A stretch of 64,000 nucleotides of DNA from Chloroflexota bacterium (GTDB taxonomy: Bacteria; Chloroflexota; Anaerolineae; DUEN01). Position 1 is the stretch's first letter. Each line of letters opens with the position of its first letter. Both the position numbers and the translations under genes were made by a program. The notes below the pieces were generated by a model. That model did no database searches. It saw only the letters and a list, made by a program, of their open reading frames with translations, and was not told the DNA's origin. The stretch lies in contig JAADGJ010000059.1 of assembly GCA_013152435.1 (NCBI GenBank), positions 24,558 to 88,557 on the forward strand, read 5' to 3'. Below, one piece after another: positions 60,590-64,000 of this stretch.

Positions 60590-61789
60590 ATGCTCGTAAA
60601 GGCGGTGGTGGACGTCCGTGACCGGGTGTCCTTGCTGAGTCAGGCCGCTCGATATGACGCCTGTCCGGAGGCCGGGCGGGTTGTCTCCGCCCCGCCCACG
60701 CGGGGGGCGAGGGTGCCCGCGGGATTCCTGCCGGAGCAGCGGGTCTCGCATGTCCTCGCCGGGGGACGGCGCATGCCCGTGCTCAAGATCTTGCAGACCA
60801 GCGCCTGCGAGCGGAACTGCTTCTATTGCCCCTTCCGCGCGGGTCGAGGGTTCCGCCGCGAGTCCCTTTCCCCCGACGACCTGGCTCACACCTTCGATCA
60901 GATGACCCGCGCCGGATTGGTGGAGGGGCTGTTTCTGAGCTCCGGCATCCTGAACACGACCCGCAGCATGGACCAGATGATCGCCACCGTCGAGATCCTG
61001 CGCCGGAAGTATGAGTTTCGCGGGTATGTCCACCTGAAGCTGTTGCCCGGCGCGGAGGCGGCGCACATCGAGCGGGCGATCGCGCTGGCGGATCGGGTGA
61101 GCGTGAACCTGGAGGCGCCGACGCCGGCTCGTCTGGCGCGGCTGGCGCCTCGCAAGGAGTTCACCCGTGAGCTGTGGGATACGCTGCACCGCGCGGCGGC
61201 TCTGATTCGGATGATGCGGCGGGAGGGGCGACCTGCCGCCCGCGCCGGCATCGTCACCCAATTCGTCGTCGGGCCCGCCGGGGAGAGCGATCGGGAGCTG
61301 TTGGCCACCGTGCAGGCCCTATACAATGCTCAGGTGCTCTCCCGGGCGTACTTTAGTGCCTTTTCCCCCGTCCCCGATACCCCGCTGGAGGACCATCCAC
61401 CGACCCCCTCACTGCGTGAGCATCGCCTCTATCAGAGCGATTTCCTCCTCCGCTACTATGGGTTCCGCGCCGATGAGTTGGTCTATGATGAGGATGGCCA
61501 TCTCGTGCTGGATCGGGATCCGAAGCTGGCCTGGGCGCTGGCGCATCCGGAGCGGTTCCCGATCGAGGTGAACCGGGCGGGGCGTCATCTTCTCCTTCGC
61601 GTGCCGGGCATCGGCCCGCGTTCGGCCGATCGCATCCTCGCGGCCCGTCGCTGGGGGACGCTGCGCGATCTGGGCCAGCTGAGGCGTCTGGGTGTGAATA
61701 CGGAACGGGCGGCCCCCTTCCTCCTCCTGGCCGGGCGCGCTCCGGCCGTTCAACTCCCGCTGTTCCCCGAATGGCGCGCCGCATCCTGA
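60590..61789 (+). CDS. putative DNA modification/repair radical SAM protein (TIGR03916-like) with C-terminal helix-hairpin-helix
   Basis: CxxxCxxC motif TSACERNCFYCPF, N-terminal AARYDAC, and C-terminal HhH (LLRVPGIGPRSADRILAARRWGTL). Confidence 0.7.
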   Translation: MLVKAVVDVRDRVSLLSQAARYDACPEAGRVVSAPPTRGARVPAGFLPEQRVSHVLAGGRRMPVLKILQTSACERNCFYCPFRAGRGFRRESLSPDDLAHTFDQMTRAGLVEGLFLSSGILNTTRSMDQMIATVEILRRKYEFRGYVHLKLLPGAEAAHIERAIALADRVSVNLEAPTPARLARLAPRKEFTRELWDTLHRAAALIRMMRREGRPAARAGIVTQFVVGPAGESDRELLATVQALYNAQVLSRAYFSAFSPVPDTPLEDHPPTPSLREHRLYQSDFLLRYYGFRADELVYDEDGHLVLDRDPKLAWALAHPERFPIEVNRAGRHLLLRVPGIGPRSADRILAARRWGTLRDLGQLRRLGVNTERAAPFLLLAGRAPAVQLPLFPEWRAAS

Positions 61790-61939
61790 GCCTTGGGCGT
61801 TCCGAACGATATATTCTTGACGAAATTCCCCTTTTCATGGCATACTCTGTTGCGAGCCATCCTGATGGTGAGCTCTTTGGTGGGAATTGTGTGTGATCGG
61901 GCGTTCACACGATAGCAGGGCGGCTGGCGCCGATAGGGG

Positions 61940-62890
61940 ATGATGACCCAGGAGCCCTCGGCGATGCACGAGATTGAAATCCAGGTCCGCCCGGCGGCGC
62001 AGGAGGATCGAGCTCGTATTCTGGCGTTGCTCGATCAGGCTCGTCGCCAATACGTGGCCTTTGGCCTCGAGGACCTTTCCAGCCTGTTGGCTCATCCCAC
62101 CCACATTTTCGTCCTGGCCGATACGGGGCCGTTATTGTGGGGGATCGCGTGCGCCACGGTGCGGCCACGTCCGGTGGCCCCCGGTGAGGAGGCGTCGGTC
62201 AACTGGAGCTATCTGCGCGGGCTGGCGCTAACCAACGGCTGGCGTGCCGAAGTGGGTGTGTGGACGCTGCTGGAGGGCCTGCGTGTGGGGCTGCAGGCCC
62301 GTGATGCCACGTATCTGGTCGCCTATGCCACTCAACCGTGGATGGTACATCCTCTGTTAAAAGCGGGGTTGCGTCCCGTTGAGCACATCATCACGTATGA
62401 GCGTACTCATCGGGCGTTGCCCAAGTCCGTGCTTCCCCCTCATGTCCATATCCGCCCAGCTCGCCCGGATGACGTGTCCGACCTGACCCTGCTGGATGCG
62501 GCCGCCTTTGAGCCGCTATGGCGTTTGGCCAGCGGCGAGCTGATCGGGCTGCTGGTGACCAGTGGGCATTTCGTCGTGGCCGAGCGCGCCGGGAGGCTGG
62601 TGGGATACGTGTGCAGCGACGTGCAGCGCGGCCTGGGCCACGTGCATCGTCTGGCGGTGCATCCCGATGTGCAAGGGCAGGGGATCGGCCGGGCCCTGCT
62701 GGCCGACGCGCTGGCGTACTGCCAGTCCGCCGGTGCCTCACTGGTCACGATCAATACGCAGCAGAGCAATGCTCGATCGGATCGTCTGTATCGTCGGTTC
62801 GGATTTCGGCCGATGCCTCGGCGGATTCCCGTCATGATGGGGGAGATCGCCGCTCGCGAAGGGCAGATCGCGCAAGATCGGCCGCCGTGA
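61940..62890 (+). CDS. tandem-GNAT N-acetyltransferase
   Basis: Two acyl-CoA-binding motifs: (R/Q)xxGxG/A-like in each half, with RLAVHPDVQGQGIGRALL in the second. Confidence 0.7.
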   Translation: MMTQEPSAMHEIEIQVRPAAQEDRARILALLDQARRQYVAFGLEDLSSLLAHPTHIFVLADTGPLLWGIACATVRPRPVAPGEEASVNWSYLRGLALTNGWRAEVGVWTLLEGLRVGLQARDATYLVAYATQPWMVHPLLKAGLRPVEHIITYERTHRALPKSVLPPHVHIRPARPDDVSDLTLLDAAAFEPLWRLASGELIGLLVTSGHFVVAERAGRLVGYVCSDVQRGLGHVHRLAVHPDVQGQGIGRALLADALAYCQSAGASLVTINTQQSNARSDRLYRRFGFRPMPRRIPVMMGEIAAREGQIAQDRPP

Positions 62891-63033
62891 CGTCGTGTAA
62901 CCGGGGAGATCGATCGGCCTGCGGCTTTTGAGCCGTTGGCTTGGGAACCCTCGGGAGGGGAAGACGTCTCTGATATGTACCCAGCGGGGGTTCTCTAGGC
63001 GCTTCAAGTTCATGCGATGAGTGAGGCGTGGAG

Positions 63034-64000
63034 ATGAGCCGACGAGGCCGATCGATTCGATTTGGGTGTTTCATCGTTTGCATTATAGGGGTGATGTTGT
63101 TCGTCGCCTGTGCGGACCTTCTGGGGCCCGCACGTGTCCATGAGAGGACGCAGGATCGCCTGATCGCGGCCGTCGAGTCGTATATGACGGACCTGCCGGG
63201 GCCGACGCCCAAGCTGTTCCTTACCACACGAGTATATGATCGAAACGGCGTGCTCATAGGCGAGTTCTGGGACGAGGGTCGTCGCTACTGGGTGCCCCTG
63301 GAGCGCATCGCCCCGGCCTTACGCCAGGCGACCATCGCGACCGAGGATAAGACGTTTTACACGAATCCGGGCGTGGACTGGGCGGCCATCGCCCGCGCGG
63401 TCTTCCAAAACACGACCGAGAGGGAGATCGTCTCCGGGGCCTCCACGATCACCCAACAGTTGGCGCGGAACATCGCCTTCACGTATGAGGAGCGCATCGC
63501 CCGTTCGCTCGATCGCAAGGTGCGAGAGGCGGCGCTGGCGCGGGAGCTGACCCGGCGCTTTACCAAGGATGAGATCCTGGAGATGTACCTGAACGTGGTC
63601 TATTATGGGCATCTGGCGTATGGCGCCGAGGCGGCCGCCCGCACGTACTTTGGAAAATCGGCAGCTGAGCTCACGCTGGCCGAGAGCGCTCTGCTAGCCG
63701 CGCTCCCTCAGGCCCCTCGTGATCTGGATCCTCTGGTGCCGGGGAACCTGGAGCGGGCGAAGGCGAGACAGGGGCTGGTGTTGGCGTTGATGGCGCGCAA
63801 CGGATTCATCACGCCGGAGGAGGCGGCAGCGGCGTATTCTGAGCCATTGGAGTTCCGCCCCGCCGAGGTGCCCCGTGTGGCCCCCCATTTCCTGGTCTAC
63901 GTGCGGCATCTCTTGGAGGCCCAGTACGGGAAGGACGTGGTGGCTCGCGGGGGGCTGACGGTGATCACGACGCTGGACACCCGGCTCCAGCAGGTCGCCC
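63034..64000 (+). CDS. class A penicillin-binding protein (PBP1A family), 5' part with GT51 transglycosylase domain; continues beyond the window
   Basis: N-terminal transmembrane helix and GT51 motifs ATEDKTFYTNPGVD and GASTITQQLARN. The frame is open to position 64000. Confidence 0.8.
   Translation, partial: MSRRGRSIRFGCFIVCIIGVMLFVACADLLGPARVHERTQDRLIAAVESYMTDLPGPTPKLFLTTRVYDRNGVLIGEFWDEGRRYWVPLERIAPALRQATIATEDKTFYTNPGVDWAAIARAVFQNTTEREIVSGASTITQQLARNIAFTYEERIARSLDRKVREAALARELTRRFTKDEILEMYLNVVYYGHLAYGAEAAARTYFGKSAAELTLAESALLAALPQAPRDLDPLVPGNLERAKARQGLVLALMARNGFITPEEAAAAYSEPLEFRPAEVPRVAPHFLVYVRHLLEAQYGKDVVARGGLTVITTLDTRLQQVA

Noticed and set aside
1-64000. CRISPR arrays, rRNA genes, transposase or integrase genes
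   Set aside because: No short regularly spaced direct repeats with unique spacers were found. No rRNA-like conserved stretches or transposase/integrase motifs appear in any frame. The only dispersed repeats are the two non-coding families described.

Overview
This is 64 kb of a high-GC (about 65-68%) bacterial chromosome; the gene content and sequence style suggest a Chloroflexi-type organism. Promoters use extended -10 boxes (TGnTATAAT), some genes look leaderless, and several operonic gene pairs overlap as ATGA. The window contains these housekeeping and envelope genes:
- housekeeping genes obg, nadD and glpX, three tRNAs (Leu-CAG, initiator Met, elongator Met) and the 5' part of a class A PBP
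- two two-component systems: a multi-GAF histidine kinase with an OmpR-type regulator, and a hybrid REC-PAS-HK
- a receiver-CpaE/TadZ-like ATPase next to a HEAT-repeat protein
- a DnaQ-type exonuclease fused to a WYL domain
- two tandem FemAB-family paralogs
- a sugar or sugar-acid catabolic cluster (2-hydroxyacid dehydrogenase, Gfo/Idh/MocA, two enolase-superfamily proteins, a sugar-phosphate isomerase)
- a four-gene M20 peptidase / carbamate kinase / two PLP-enzyme cluster resembling part of the ygeW-ygeX-ygeY-yqeA catabolic module
- a pentaheme cytochrome c operon
- a long minus-strand cell-envelope/exopolysaccharide operon (47.3-59.7 kb) with a Wzc-like tyrosine kinase carrying an 11-Tyr tail, a GT2 + sugar-transferase fusion, a PEP-CTERM protein, a GH-A hydrolase with CARDB domains and a sortase
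The window also contains these accessory systems:
- a lasso-peptide biosynthetic cluster on the minus strand (36.4-41.1 kb): B1 RRE, B2 peptidase, AsnB-like cyclase and an HPr-kinase-like kinase, with a Crp-family regulator upstream; no convincing precursor gene or exporter was found
- two related families of structured intergenic repeats: family 1 (about 240-260 bp, 12-nt terminal inverted repeats) in three full copies plus one degenerate copy, and family 2 (about 157-bp core flanked by copy-specific 21-nt hairpin direct repeats) in three copies, the two families sharing a common GGAGGGG/CCCCTCC hairpin module
No CRISPR array, rRNA or transposase gene was seen.
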